A stretch of DNA of 32,000 nt from Copranaerobaculum intestinale (GCF_009831105.1 NZ_WUUQ01000001.1:870001-902000); one strand, 5' to 3'; positions 8,812 to 17,928 are shown, counted from the first letter of the stretch. Translations and numbers: made by a program. Notes: a model not told the origin generated them from the sequence alone.

Positions 8812-10506
8812 ATGAAAGAAACGCTGTACTTAAATAAAAATTTAGCTATTATTAATTTTTCACGGGCTTATTCCCGTACGTATGATGAATTTTTAAATTC
8901 TCCTACGTTCCATAACTTTGTCCGTGTCTATATCGATTACCTGAAAGAATTTGATGAAGACCTTTATCGATTTGCTTTAAACGGAAAGACGCCGCGAGAG
9001 GCGAATTTTGAAATATGTAAAACGCTTCGTCAGCTGATGGTTCTGAATCTGGATGAGATTGATAATGTCTATCTGCACGATAAAATGAAGCTCTATTCCT
9101 TTGTTGAAGAATTATATAATTTCTGGAAGCAGCACCAGCGCTTTTCGATTATGAATTTGGGAAAAGGCAATGCATTTCAAGAATCTTCGTATATTGAAGC
9201 GGACAGCGGCTTCAATAATATGATTCGCAGTATCTACCGTAAATTGGAAGAAAAGATTCAGGGGAAGGGAAACAGCGTATACCGTCAGCTGCAGGCCGGA
9301 ACCAATTCCTCGATTGCTTTAACTGTTCGTACACCGAAATTGAGTGAAAAATATGACGCATTGCGTAAGATACCGTTTATTGAATCGGTAATGTTAAGAA
9401 CACCGTTGATTTTGCACCCGAAGTCTAATAAGCGAACCGGCTCTTTTGTCGAGCGCGAGGATAATCCGATCCATACTTTTACCGGGGATAAGGATACATG
9501 GTTTTGTTATCCGGCTAAGATCGGAACCCTGCTGGCGTTTATTTATCTGCATCGTGACTTTTTATCAAGCGGTATTTCCTTGGCTAATTTGTTTGAGCTG
9601 GCTTCGGCTGAGGACTGCAGCCGCAAGCCGGATTTGGTTTTGTTGTTCGGTAATGAGGATGGACGCAATGAATGCACGTTTCATCATGATCTTGAAGAGA
9701 ATATTTGGGTGGGCTGTGTGTCCTATCACGAGCGGATTGAATATTTCGGTTATATGAAAAAAATGTCACTGACCCTGCATAACCTTGCGATGATGGAAAA
9801 GGGCTGGCTGCCGATCCATGGTGCGTTTGTCAACATTACACTGAAGAACGGCCGTAAAAAGGGAATCATGCTGATGGGTGATTCCGGAGCCGGAAAGTCT
9901 GAATCCATTGAAGCACTGCGGGCGCTCGGTAACGATAAAATCCGCAAAATGGAAGTTGTCTTCGATGATATGGGAACTATCCATCTCGAAGATGGTGTAC
10001 CATATGGCCAGGGAACAGAGATCGGAGCATTTATCCGTCTGGATGATCTGGATCCGGGAACTCCATATCGTGACATGGATCGTTCGATCTTCATGAATCC
10101 GGATTCCTCCAATGCCCGCGTCATTACCCCGGCAGCGCCATATGATGTAGTTGCGACCAATCATAAAATTGATTTATTCTGTTATGCGAATAATTATGAT
10201 GATAAACTCGGAATCCGAGAAATTGAGGATATTGAAGAAGCAAAAGCAATTTATATTGAAGGTAAACGCATGGCGCTCGGAACCACACAGGAAGTCGGTA
10301 TTTCGACTACGTACTTTGCAAATCCGTTCGGTCCGATGCAGAAACAAAAGGAGTGCGGTAAGATCATCGACGAGGTGTTTGCGAAGCTCAAGCAAAACAA
10401 TGTCCTGGTTGGAGAAATTTTCACCCACTTGGGATTTAATAAAGAAGACCGTGAAGGTCTGCATGTCGCTGCCCAGGATCTGCTTGATTTCATTGAAAAG
10501 GACTGA
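8812..10506 (+). CDS. Uncharacterised protein with C-terminal HprK/PEP-carboxykinase-fold P-loop domain
   Basis: LPIHGAFVNI...GIMLMGDSGAGKSESIEAL...VVFDDMG matches the HPr kinase pattern HG...G(D/E)SGxGKSE...DD. The N-terminal ~330 aa carry no motif I recognise. ATG at 8812 is preferred (AGAGGG 8 nt upstream); the ORF track starts at 8776. Confidence 0.6.
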   Translation: MKETLYLNKNLAIINFSRAYSRTYDEFLNSPTFHNFVRVYIDYLKEFDEDLYRFALNGKTPREANFEICKTLRQLMVLNLDEIDNVYLHDKMKLYSFVEELYNFWKQHQRFSIMNLGKGNAFQESSYIEADSGFNNMIRSIYRKLEEKIQGKGNSVYRQLQAGTNSSIALTVRTPKLSEKYDALRKIPFIESVMLRTPLILHPKSNKRTGSFVEREDNPIHTFTGDKDTWFCYPAKIGTLLAFIYLHRDFLSSGISLANLFELASAEDCSRKPDLVLLFGNEDGRNECTFHHDLEENIWVGCVSYHERIEYFGYMKKMSLTLHNLAMMEKGWLPIHGAFVNITLKNGRKKGIMLMGDSGAGKSESIEALRALGNDKIRKMEVVFDDMGTIHLEDGVPYGQGTEIGAFIRLDDLDPGTPYRDMDRSIFMNPDSSNARVITPAAPYDVVATNHKIDLFCYANNYDDKLGIREIEDIEEAKAIYIEGKRMALGTTQEVGISTTYFANPFGPMQKQKECGKIIDEVFAKLKQNNVLVGEIFTHLGFNKEDREGLHVAAQDLLDFIEKD

Positions 10507-10540
10507 AGGGTTAAGCGATAGCTTATTTTTATAAACTTTG

Positions 10541-10575
10541 AGGATTGATTTCTGAGTTGAAGTCAATCCTTTTTG
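10541..10575 (+). terminator. Rho-independent terminator
   Basis: AGGATTGA (10541-10548) / TCAATCCT (10563-10570), followed by TTTT. Confidence 0.7.
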
Positions 10576-10672
10576 TATCCTATATTGTTTATAAATATAG
10601 ACAAAATAGGTAATTTGTTCTTTCTTTGTATATCTATATGCAGTAGAATAAAGATATAGAGGAGGTTGCAGT

Positions 10673-11899
10673 ATGGATATCAGGATGATTCAAAAGGCAC
10701 AGGAGGTATTAACTGATGTAATTTCCCGCACACCGCTGGTAAAAGCGGATAAAATTCATGAAAATTTATGGATCAAAGCGGAAAATCTTCAAAGTACCGG
10801 GGCGTTTAAATTGCGCGGTGCCTATTACCGGATCAGTAAATTGAACAAGGATGAAAAAGCACGTGGGGTAATTGCGGCGAGCGCCGGCAATCACGCACAG
10901 GGGGTTGCCTATTCCTGCCGGGAAATGGGAATTCAGGGTACTATTGTTATGCCCAAGACGGCTCCCTTATCAAAAATTGAAGCGACCCGCAGCTATGGAG
11001 TAAAGGTTGAACTGCAGGGTGATACCTTTAATGATGCTTATGAATATGCTAAAAATTTACAGACGATAACCGGTGCGGTTTTCATCGAACCGTTTGATGA
11101 TGATTATATTATTGCCGGTCAAGGAACGATCGGGCTGGAAATTCTGCGTAAATTGGAAGATGTGGATATGGTATTAGTACCGATTGGCGGCGGTGGATTG
11201 ATCAGCGGAATCGCCTATGCCATAAAATCCATACGGCCGCAGTGTCAAGTGATCGGCGTAGAGGCACAGTCCGCTGCCAGCATGAAAGCCTCTTTGGAAG
11301 CCGGCCATCCGGTTGCCTTGAACAGTGTATCAACGATCGCCGATGGAATTGCGGTAAAAGCTCCGGGTGAGAAGACCTTTGCGATTTGTAAAGAATATCT
11401 GGATGGTATCGTAACGGTAAGTGATGAAGAAATTGCCGCGGCGATCCTGGCGCTGACCGAGAAGATGAAAATGGTGGCAGAAGGAGCCGGAGCGGCAGCG
11501 GTAGCGGCAGCCATGTTTCATAAGGTCGAGGATGAGGGCAAAAAATGTGTTGCTGTTTTATCCGGCGGCAATATTGACGTCAGCTTCTTATCAAAAATCA
11601 TCGAGCTGGGTCTCATGACAACTGGCCGCAAAGCGGTGATCAGTCTGGAGGTCATGGATAAGCCGGGCAACCTGGAAAAAGTAATTCATGTTGTGAGCTC
11701 GACCGGAGCCAACATTGTCAGCGTGAATCATAATCGTATTTATCAGCAAACCTTATACAGTAAATGTCGGGTCGGTCTGGTCATTGAAACATTCCACAAG
11801 AAACATATCAAAGAAGTGCTGGATACGCTTATAAGCGAAGGGTATGAACCGCATTTTATTGAAACCTCAGAGGATTTCTGGAGTGAAGCAGCAGGATAA
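10673..11899 (+). CDS. ilvA: Threonine ammonia-lyase (threonine dehydratase), short form with one C-terminal ACT-like domain
   Basis: 408 aa. PLP-lysine motif STGAFKLRGA, glycine loop PIGGGGLISG, C-terminal regulatory domain. RBS GGAGG at 8 nt spacing. Confidence 0.9.
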   Translation: MDIRMIQKAQEVLTDVISRTPLVKADKIHENLWIKAENLQSTGAFKLRGAYYRISKLNKDEKARGVIAASAGNHAQGVAYSCREMGIQGTIVMPKTAPLSKIEATRSYGVKVELQGDTFNDAYEYAKNLQTITGAVFIEPFDDDYIIAGQGTIGLEILRKLEDVDMVLVPIGGGGLISGIAYAIKSIRPQCQVIGVEAQSAASMKASLEAGHPVALNSVSTIADGIAVKAPGEKTFAICKEYLDGIVTVSDEEIAAAILALTEKMKMVAEGAGAAAVAAAMFHKVEDEGKKCVAVLSGGNIDVSFLSKIIELGLMTTGRKAVISLEVMDKPGNLEKVIHVVSSTGANIVSVNHNRIYQQTLYSKCRVGLVIETFHKKHIKEVLDTLISEGYEPHFIETSEDFWSEAAG

Positions 11900-11916
11900 T
11901 ATTCTGCTGCTTTTTG
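11887..11916 (+). terminator. Rho-independent terminator overlapping the ilvA stop
   Basis: AGCAGCAG (11888-11895) / CTGCTGCT (11904-11911), followed by TTTTT. Confidence 0.8.
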
Positions 11917-12272
11917 ATATGAAATGAAAGAATGGCAGTAATATTAGATAAAACGGTCTTGTTTTATGAGTGTTTGGTTAAGAATAAAATTAAATCAATC
12001 CGTTTAACATGATTTACATTTTTAAGTGTTGTAAATAATACACTTTTACTCCATAACAAAAATTCCAATCAAAATCTAAAACACTGGATACAAGAACTTA
12101 ATTTGCTTACACATGCTTTTTAAATGCTCACAAATCAATGAATGAATAGTAGATTTTGTTTTTTGAAAAGCAGTACGAAAGATGATTAAGTTACTCTAAT
12201 TAAGTTTATCTGATGGAGATTCAGCAACTGGTGCGATATAAAAACAGATGTGGCTATTCTTCATCCTTGCGT

Positions 12273-12860
12273 TTACACTTGCTGTTTCTTGAGGTATCCT
12301 ATCAAACCGTTCGCAACCAAACCCTGAGCCATTTTGAAAAAATCACTGTCGGTTAGATCATTTCCATTTTCATACCATTTTGCCATCAGCGCAAACATTG
12401 ATGAGTAACTGAATTCCATTAAATAATCCAAATGCTCAATATCATCACTCAGATTCCAAAACTGGATAATGGTTGAACGAAAGTTTTCTTTGAATTCATT
12501 TGTAAAATTCGGATCTCCGTTTTTTCCAAGCAATGTAAATATTTTATCCTCATGCTTCTTAAAGATTGGCATACTAATAGAATATAAAAAGTTTATGTCA
12601 ATAGAATCATTTTTAATAGACTGCCTGCACAATACCTCAGATATTTCAGAATGCACTTCATCAATAAGATCCTTTTCAATTTGTTCAAGGACGGCATATA
12701 CATCCTTAAAATAATGATAAAAAGTACCTCTATTATTGTTTGTCATTCTGGTAATTTCAGCGATTGTTATCTTATCAATCGTTTTTTCTTTATAGATGAT
12801 CCAAAATGCGTCCATAAATTTTTTTCTTGTTGCTGCTGTTACTTCCGGTTGTTTATTCAT
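12273..12860 (-). CDS. TetR/AcrR family transcriptional regulator
   Basis: N-terminal HTH (ITIAEITRMTNNNRGTFYHYFKDVY) and a helical C-terminal ligand domain. Start moved to the ATG at 12860 (MNKQPE...), which has AAGGAG 8 nt upstream; the ORF-track extension to 12914 lacks an RBS. Confidence 0.85.
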   Translation of the reverse strand: MNKQPEVTAATRKKFMDAFWIIYKEKTIDKITIAEITRMTNNNRGTFYHYFKDVYAVLEQIEKDLIDEVHSEISEVLCRQSIKNDSIDINFLYSISMPIFKKHEDKIFTLLGKNGDPNFTNEFKENFRSTIIQFWNLSDDIEHLDYLMEFSYSSMFALMAKWYENGNDLTDSDFFKMAQGLVANGLIGYLKKQQV

Positions 12861-12918
12861 GCTTTGAGCTCCTTTTTCATCTTCACAAAGAAATCTTATG
12901 ACATCGGGCAACAACCGG

Positions 12919-12940
12919 GATAAGATTGTTGCTTGATGAA
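12919..12940. promoter_or_regulatory. Operator-like repeat copy 1 (GATAAGATTGTTGCTTGATGAA)
   Basis: Matches a second copy at 13005-13026 at 20 of 22 positions (21 of 21 but one over GATAAnATTGTTGCTTGATGA). Lies in the divergent TetR/ABC intergenic region. Confidence 0.5.
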
Positions 12941-12965
12941 ATATACAAAGTTATTTATAATCGCA

Positions 12966-12988
12966 TCATACAACTTGTTGTTGCATGA
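12966..12988. promoter_or_regulatory. Imperfect palindrome TCATaCAAC-N5-GTTGcATGA (TetR-operator-like)
   Basis: 8/9 matching inverted arms. The half-site GTTGC(A/T)TGA is the same core found in both flanking direct repeats. Confidence 0.4.
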
Positions 12989-13004
12989 ATCAAGTAACGA
13001 TATT

Positions 13005-13026
13005 GATAAAATTGTTGCTTGATGAG
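13005..13026. promoter_or_regulatory. Operator-like repeat copy 2 (GATAAAATTGTTGCTTGATGAG), overlapping the -35 of the ABC operon promoter candidate
   Basis: Direct repeat of 12919-12940. Its 3' end (TTGATG) is the candidate -35. Confidence 0.5.
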
Positions 13027-13047
13027 GAAAACTATTTTCTTCATAAT
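13019..13047 (+). promoter_or_regulatory. Sigma-A-like promoter candidate for the ABC operon
   Basis: -35 TTGATG (13019-13024), 17-bp spacer, -10 CATAAT (13042-13047). Confidence 0.4.
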
Positions 13048-13096
13048 CAATTCATGCAGTATCTTCTTGTATAAATAACGAAAAGGAGTGATGCAG

Positions 13097-14011
13097 ATGT
13101 CCGTTATTGAAATTCATGATTTGACGAAGGACTATGGTCATGGCAGAGGGGTCTTTCATGTATCGGCACAGGTAGAAAAAGGACAATGCTATGGATTTCT
13201 CGGCCCAAACGGTGCCGGAAAAAGTACGACCATTCGTCATCTGATGGGGTTTTCAAAACCGCAGATTGGAAGGACACTTATAGATGGAAAAGATTGTTGG
13301 ACATATTCCGCTGAGCTTCAGCGAGAGGTTGGCTACCTTCCGGGAGAAATTGCTTTTCCCACGGGAATGACAGGCGCACAGTTTTTAGATATGCAAAAGA
13401 AAATGCGAGGTATCTCAGATGTCACGTATTTGGATCGTTTGCTGAAGCGGTTTGAACTTGATCCTGATATCGGGCTGAAACAGATGAGCTTGGGAACCAA
13501 ACGTAAATTAGCAGTTGTTACTGCATTTATGCATGATCCGAAAATTCTTATATTAGATGAGCCGACTTCAGGACTTGATCCCATCATGCAGGAAATATTC
13601 ATAGATTATATTCTTGAAGAAAAAAAACGGGGAAAAACGATATTTCTGTCTTCACATATCTTTCATGAAGTTGATGCCTTATGTGATCGGATAGCGATTA
13701 TCCGTGACGGTAAAATAGTTTCTGAATTTGATCCTGAAGTACTGAAAAAGGAAAGTGATAAAATTTACCGAGTTACCTTTGAGGATGAAAATCAATGGAA
13801 AGCATTCACTTCACATAACTATACGTTCACTTCAATCAACAAGCCTAAATTACGTGCAAGAATACAGCTTAAAAATAGTGAGATCACATCATTTATTACA
13901 GATATCTCACAGTTTCATATCAAGGATTTTACAGAATTCCCCTTCTCATTAGAAGATTACTTTATGCAGTTTTATCACGAGGATAGAAAATTTGAGGGGG
14001 TAAAACAATGA
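13097..14011 (+). CDS. ABC transporter ATP-binding protein (ABC-2 exporter type), paralog 1
   Basis: Walker A GPNGAGKST, signature-like LSLGTKRKL, Walker B ILILDEPTSGLD, H-loop SSHIF, plus a ~90-aa C-terminal extension. ATG at 13097 has AAGGAG 8 nt upstream; the ORF track starts at GTG 13088. Confidence 0.9.
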   Translation: MSVIEIHDLTKDYGHGRGVFHVSAQVEKGQCYGFLGPNGAGKSTTIRHLMGFSKPQIGRTLIDGKDCWTYSAELQREVGYLPGEIAFPTGMTGAQFLDMQKKMRGISDVTYLDRLLKRFELDPDIGLKQMSLGTKRKLAVVTAFMHDPKILILDEPTSGLDPIMQEIFIDYILEEKKRGKTIFLSSHIFHEVDALCDRIAIIRDGKIVSEFDPEVLKKESDKIYRVTFEDENQWKAFTSHNYTFTSINKPKLRARIQLKNSEITSFITDISQFHIKDFTEFPFSLEDYFMQFYHEDRKFEGVKQ

Positions 14012-14922
14012 ATGACCGGATTATAAAAACAGAAGGTCTTACTAAGGATTATGGACAAGGCCGCGGAATTTTTAATATTGATATAGAAGTCCATAAAGGC
14101 GAGGTTTTCGGTTTTATCGGAACAAACGGATCTGGTAAAACAACAACCATCCGAAATATGATGGGATTTATTAAGCCAGATAGCGGAACCTCAGTGATAG
14201 ATCGTTTAGATTCATGGAATTGCTCAGCCGATATTATGAGAAATGTCAGCTATGTTCCAGGAGAAATTGCCTTTCCTTCGTTGAGAACAGGAACTGAATT
14301 TCTGAAAACGCAAGCACAATATCTCGGAGTTACTGATTATCGATACATGAATCATGTGATTGAAGTATTACAGCTTGATCCAACTGCAAATTTAAAGCGG
14401 ATGTCGAAAGGCATGAAACAAAAAACGGCTATTGTTGCGGCGCTGATGGGAGAAAAAGAAATTCTTGTATTAGATGAGCCGACGACCGGTCTTGATCCAT
14501 TAATGCGAGAAGCGTTTTTGGATTTAATTCGGGAGGAAAAGCAAAAGGGACATACCGTGTTTATGTCCAGTCATATATTTGAAGAAATTGAAGCGGTGTG
14601 TGACCGGGTTGCTATGATCAAGGACGGTCATATTATTGATACGTTATCGCTTCATGATTTGCGTCATCCGGCGGTTAAGAATTTTATCATCGAATTTGAT
14701 CGTGCAGCTGATAAGCAGCAATTTGCGGGAAACACGGAATTTATCATTGAAAAGGATGAAAGAAATAGTTGTGCTGTTCGGTGTAATATTGAACAGCTGG
14801 ATACCTTGTTTCGGACCCTTAAAAATTATAAAATTGTAAATTTTCAGGAAATTCGCCGATCTCTGCAGGAACAGTTTATGATGGCATATAAGGAGGGACT
14901 TACAGAATATGGAGAAAAATAA
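14008..14922 (+). CDS. ABC transporter ATP-binding protein (ABC-2 exporter type), paralog 2
   Basis: Walker A GTNGSGKTT, signature-like MSKGMKQKT, Walker B ILVLDEPTTGLD, SSHIF. ATGA overlap with the upstream ATPase. Clearly paralogous to it (LTKDYGxGRG, YxPGEIAFP). Confidence 0.9.
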   Translation: MNDRIIKTEGLTKDYGQGRGIFNIDIEVHKGEVFGFIGTNGSGKTTTIRNMMGFIKPDSGTSVIDRLDSWNCSADIMRNVSYVPGEIAFPSLRTGTEFLKTQAQYLGVTDYRYMNHVIEVLQLDPTANLKRMSKGMKQKTAIVAALMGEKEILVLDEPTTGLDPLMREAFLDLIREEKQKGHTVFMSSHIFEEIEAVCDRVAMIKDGHIIDTLSLHDLRHPAVKNFIIEFDRAADKQQFAGNTEFIIEKDERNSCAVRCNIEQLDTLFRTLKNYKIVNFQEIRRSLQEQFMMAYKEGLTEYGEK

Positions 14923-16102
14923 AAAAACCGCTCGTTTCTTCTCAAAACCTTTGATGAGGCAGACGATAAAATCCAACTGGATATTGTGTGTTGCAATTAT
15001 GATGATTATGGTACTGCTCGCTAATGTTATGAATTATGCCATGAGCATGATGGCTACGGAAAGATCTGATGTTGATGTTACAGAATATCAAGAAAGTTTT
15101 TATACTTATCTTGGTTCCCTTGCGACCTATGATACAATGACAAAACAGGAATTGTCCTATCAGGATTTCGCAACAGGAAAAAATGATGCCGCGTATGAAA
15201 CAGCTTTTGCCATGATGAATGCAAAAACAAATATGAAGTTAAGTGTTAAAGGCTTTCAGGATTCTATAGATGGACTGTCACAGTCTGGGATTCGTATTGA
15301 TAAGTATGTAAAACAATTTGAATATGCATACGCATTGAAGGAATCGGAAGGGGTGTTTGATAAAAAAGCATTAACACCCTCAGGAATGCTTACGATCACC
15401 TTAGATATGATGGGGGTATCATCAGAGATGGTTGAGAAAATGAGTGAAATGGATCCGGCTTCTATGATGAATCAAATGTATTACACCGCGATGGGTTTGC
15501 TGCCGATATTCATCCTTATTGTTATTTTGGCAAACTCGCTGATCGCAGATCAGGTAGATCGTGGTTCTATGGCATATGTTTTATCTACCCCAACTAAGCG
15601 TTCTGCGGTTGCGATAACGCAATTAGTATTTATAATCGTTGTTCCGTTTCTGATTCTTTCCGTCGTATGCGCAACACGAATCGGAACATCTTTCTTGTTT
15701 TATGACAAAGTCAACGTGGCTGGAATGCTGGCGTTGTTTGGAGGTATGTATATTCTGGTCGAAGCGGTGTGCGGATTATGCTACATGGGAAGCTGTCTGT
15801 TCTCACAAAGTAAAAAATCTATGGCTTTTGGAGGCGGACTGACAGTTTGGTTTTTCCTTGCATCCATGATCGGTTTGTTTGGTTCAGAGAACATGGTAAA
15901 TACCGGCATGGGGGTTTCAGAGCTGAGTATATTTAACAAACTGACTTTGGTTGGTTTGTATGATGTGAATTCATTGTCTACCATAGGTACCGGAAGTATT
16001 GATTTTACGTTTGCTTGGAAGCTGCTTATTTTGGTGGGAATCGCAGCTGCTTGCTATACCGTAGGTGTGATTAAATTTTCAAAAAAGGATTTACCGTTAT
16101 AA
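14909..16102 (+). CDS. ABC transporter permease (ABC-2-like), with a large loop between TM1 and TM2
   Basis: 397 aa. One N-terminal TM, a ~140-aa hydrophilic loop, then about 5 TM segments. Overlaps the upstream ATPase gene by 14 nt. Confidence 0.7.
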   Translation: MEKNKKTARFFSKPLMRQTIKSNWILCVAIMMIMVLLANVMNYAMSMMATERSDVDVTEYQESFYTYLGSLATYDTMTKQELSYQDFATGKNDAAYETAFAMMNAKTNMKLSVKGFQDSIDGLSQSGIRIDKYVKQFEYAYALKESEGVFDKKALTPSGMLTITLDMMGVSSEMVEKMSEMDPASMMNQMYYTAMGLLPIFILIVILANSLIADQVDRGSMAYVLSTPTKRSAVAITQLVFIIVVPFLILSVVCATRIGTSFLFYDKVNVAGMLALFGGMYILVEAVCGLCYMGSCLFSQSKKSMAFGGGLTVWFFLASMIGLFGSENMVNTGMGVSELSIFNKLTLVGLYDVNSLSTIGTGSIDFTFAWKLLILVGIAAACYTVGVIKFSKKDLPL

Positions 16103-16117
16103 AGTTAATCAATGATC

Positions 16118-16151
16118 AGGACATTCATGAATACATGCAATGTCCTTTTTA
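16118..16151 (+). terminator. Rho-independent terminator after the ABC operon
   Basis: AGGACATT (16118-16125) / AATGTCCT (16139-16146), followed by TTTTT. Confidence 0.8.
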
Positions 16152-16317
16152 CTATATTGATTAAAATACGGCTTGCGAAACATTATAAAATATATTTTCG
16201 CGTATCAGAAAAGAAAATAAATTTATTTGGTTGATATGTTCATGGGAAATTTTGTGAAATCACATATTTACTGGTAATCGGGTATGAATTATAGGATAAT
16301 GATACAACGGTGATGAA

Positions 16318-17112
16318 ATGGCTACTAAAAAAATGACTGCGAAACGAAAAGCTCTCTTAAAGAAACGAAGACGTCAGCGGCGGTTTCGGATTTTTTTGTT
16401 ATGTACCGGAGCAGTGCTGCTGCTGTCACTGAGCAGTTATTTGGTGTATGAAGTATACCATATGATTTTCCCTGCGGAAACAGCAGGGAAGCCGGTGCCC
16501 CAGAATGTATCGGTGCGGGATAAGAAAAGCATCGGTATCGTTGTGCTTGATCCTGGCCACGGTGGTTATGATGGCGGCGCCGAAGGAGTCAATGGAATCC
16601 TGGAAAAAGATGTGACCTTGAATATAGCACTGAAGATGAAACAACAGCTGGAATCTCAGCATGTCACGGTGATCCTGACGCGTGACAGTGATGAAGTGAG
16701 CTGGCCCAGTATCGAAATCAGTGATTTGACGGCCCGTACCAATATCGCCAATGAAAGCGGCGGCGATCTGTTCGTATCGCTGCATACAAATTCCAGTGAA
16801 GTTATGAATGATGGTTCCAGCGGCACAGAGATTTGGACGATGATGATCAATAATATGAATATATCGCTGGCTAATCATTTAGAACAGCAGCTGGAAACTT
16901 TGAATTATACAACGAACCGGGGAGTCAAGGATGAAAGTGAACGGCCGCTCGCTGTGTTGCAAAAAAATTATTTGCCGGCAGTATTGGTTGAGATGGGTTT
17001 TCTCAGTGACAATGAGGATTGTGCATATTTATCATCAAAAAGCGGGCAGACTGCCATTGCCAAGGCATTGTCTCAAGGAATTATCGAAACGCTGCAAGAA
17101 AATAAAAAATAA
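16318..17112 (+). CDS. N-acetylmuramoyl-L-alanine amidase, Amidase_3 family (membrane-anchored, CwlD-like)
   Basis: VLDPGHGGYDGGA, EKDVTLNIALKM, DLFVSLHTNS and VLVEMGFLSN motifs. Very basic N-terminus followed by one TM. Confidence 0.85.
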   Translation: MATKKMTAKRKALLKKRRRQRRFRIFLLCTGAVLLLSLSSYLVYEVYHMIFPAETAGKPVPQNVSVRDKKSIGIVVLDPGHGGYDGGAEGVNGILEKDVTLNIALKMKQQLESQHVTVILTRDSDEVSWPSIEISDLTARTNIANESGGDLFVSLHTNSSEVMNDGSSGTEIWTMMINNMNISLANHLEQQLETLNYTTNRGVKDESERPLAVLQKNYLPAVLVEMGFLSDNEDCAYLSSKSGQTAIAKALSQGIIETLQENKK

Positions 17113-17189
17113 TCTTGCATTTTTATGAAATTGATATATAATTTTATCAATTTATTGTATACTATTATCATACATGAGGAGGTATAGCT

Positions 17190-17888
17190 ATGTATTCTAA
17201 TCCGGATATTGATGTGCAAAGCAGCGGTACAACTCTGTCACAGCACGTTTATAAAACCTTCGGTCTTATGTTTATCGGACTGATGGTTACGTTCTTAACT
17301 TCGTATTTGCTTTATCAGACCAATCTGGTGTATTACATCATCGGCTCTTACACCATGCTTTCATTGGTGATATTAGTGGTTCAGCTGGGTGTTGTGTTTT
17401 CGCTCGTAAGACGTCTTCATTCAATGTCGATCACTTCAGCAAGAGTTATGTTCTTAGCGTATTCTATATTAACTGGTATTTCATTCTCGGTGTTAGGTCT
17501 GATCTATGATGCCGGCAGTATTTACCTGGCATTTGGTGTTACGGCTGTATTCTTCGGCGCATTGTCAGTGATCGGTTTTACAACAAAACTGAATATGTCA
17601 AAGTTTGCACCGGTTTTATTTATTGGATTGATTATGCTGGTCATTGTAAATGTTATGGGAATCTTCTTTGATTTCAGCGGTATGGAACGGATCATCTGTT
17701 CAGCAGGAATTCTATTGTTTACCGGTATTACCGTTTATGACACACAGAAGATGAAAGCACTGTATATGGCAAACCAAGGCGATGAAGAAATGCTGAGCCG
17801 TCTTTCTATTTATTCCGCATTTGATCTGTATTTGGATTTCATCAACATCTTTATTTACATTCTGCGGATGCTTGGCAATCGCGATTAA
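17190..17888 (+). CDS. Bax inhibitor-1/YccA family membrane protein
   Basis: 232 aa, 7 hydrophobic segments, family-typical C-terminal LYLDFINIFIYILRMLG. RBS GAGGAGG. Confidence 0.85.
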   Translation: MYSNPDIDVQSSGTTLSQHVYKTFGLMFIGLMVTFLTSYLLYQTNLVYYIIGSYTMLSLVILVVQLGVVFSLVRRLHSMSITSARVMFLAYSILTGISFSVLGLIYDAGSIYLAFGVTAVFFGALSVIGFTTKLNMSKFAPVLFIGLIMLVIVNVMGIFFDFSGMERIICSAGILLFTGITVYDTQKMKALYMANQGDEEMLSRLSIYSAFDLYLDFINIFIYILRMLGNRD

Positions 17889-17902
17889 TCTCTATCAAGC
17901 AG

Positions 17903-17928
17903 AGTTCTTCTTCGGAAGAACTTTTTTA
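17903..17928 (+). terminator. Rho-independent terminator
   Basis: AGTTCTTC (17903-17910), loop ttcg, GAAGAACT (17915-17922), followed by TTTTT. Confidence 0.85.

Noticed and set aside
12861-12914. N-terminal extension of the TetR ORF (ORF track starts at 12914)
   Set aside because: The internal ATG at 12860 has a good AAGGAG RBS. The extension has none and overlaps the operator-like GCAACAA/TTGTTGC repeat.
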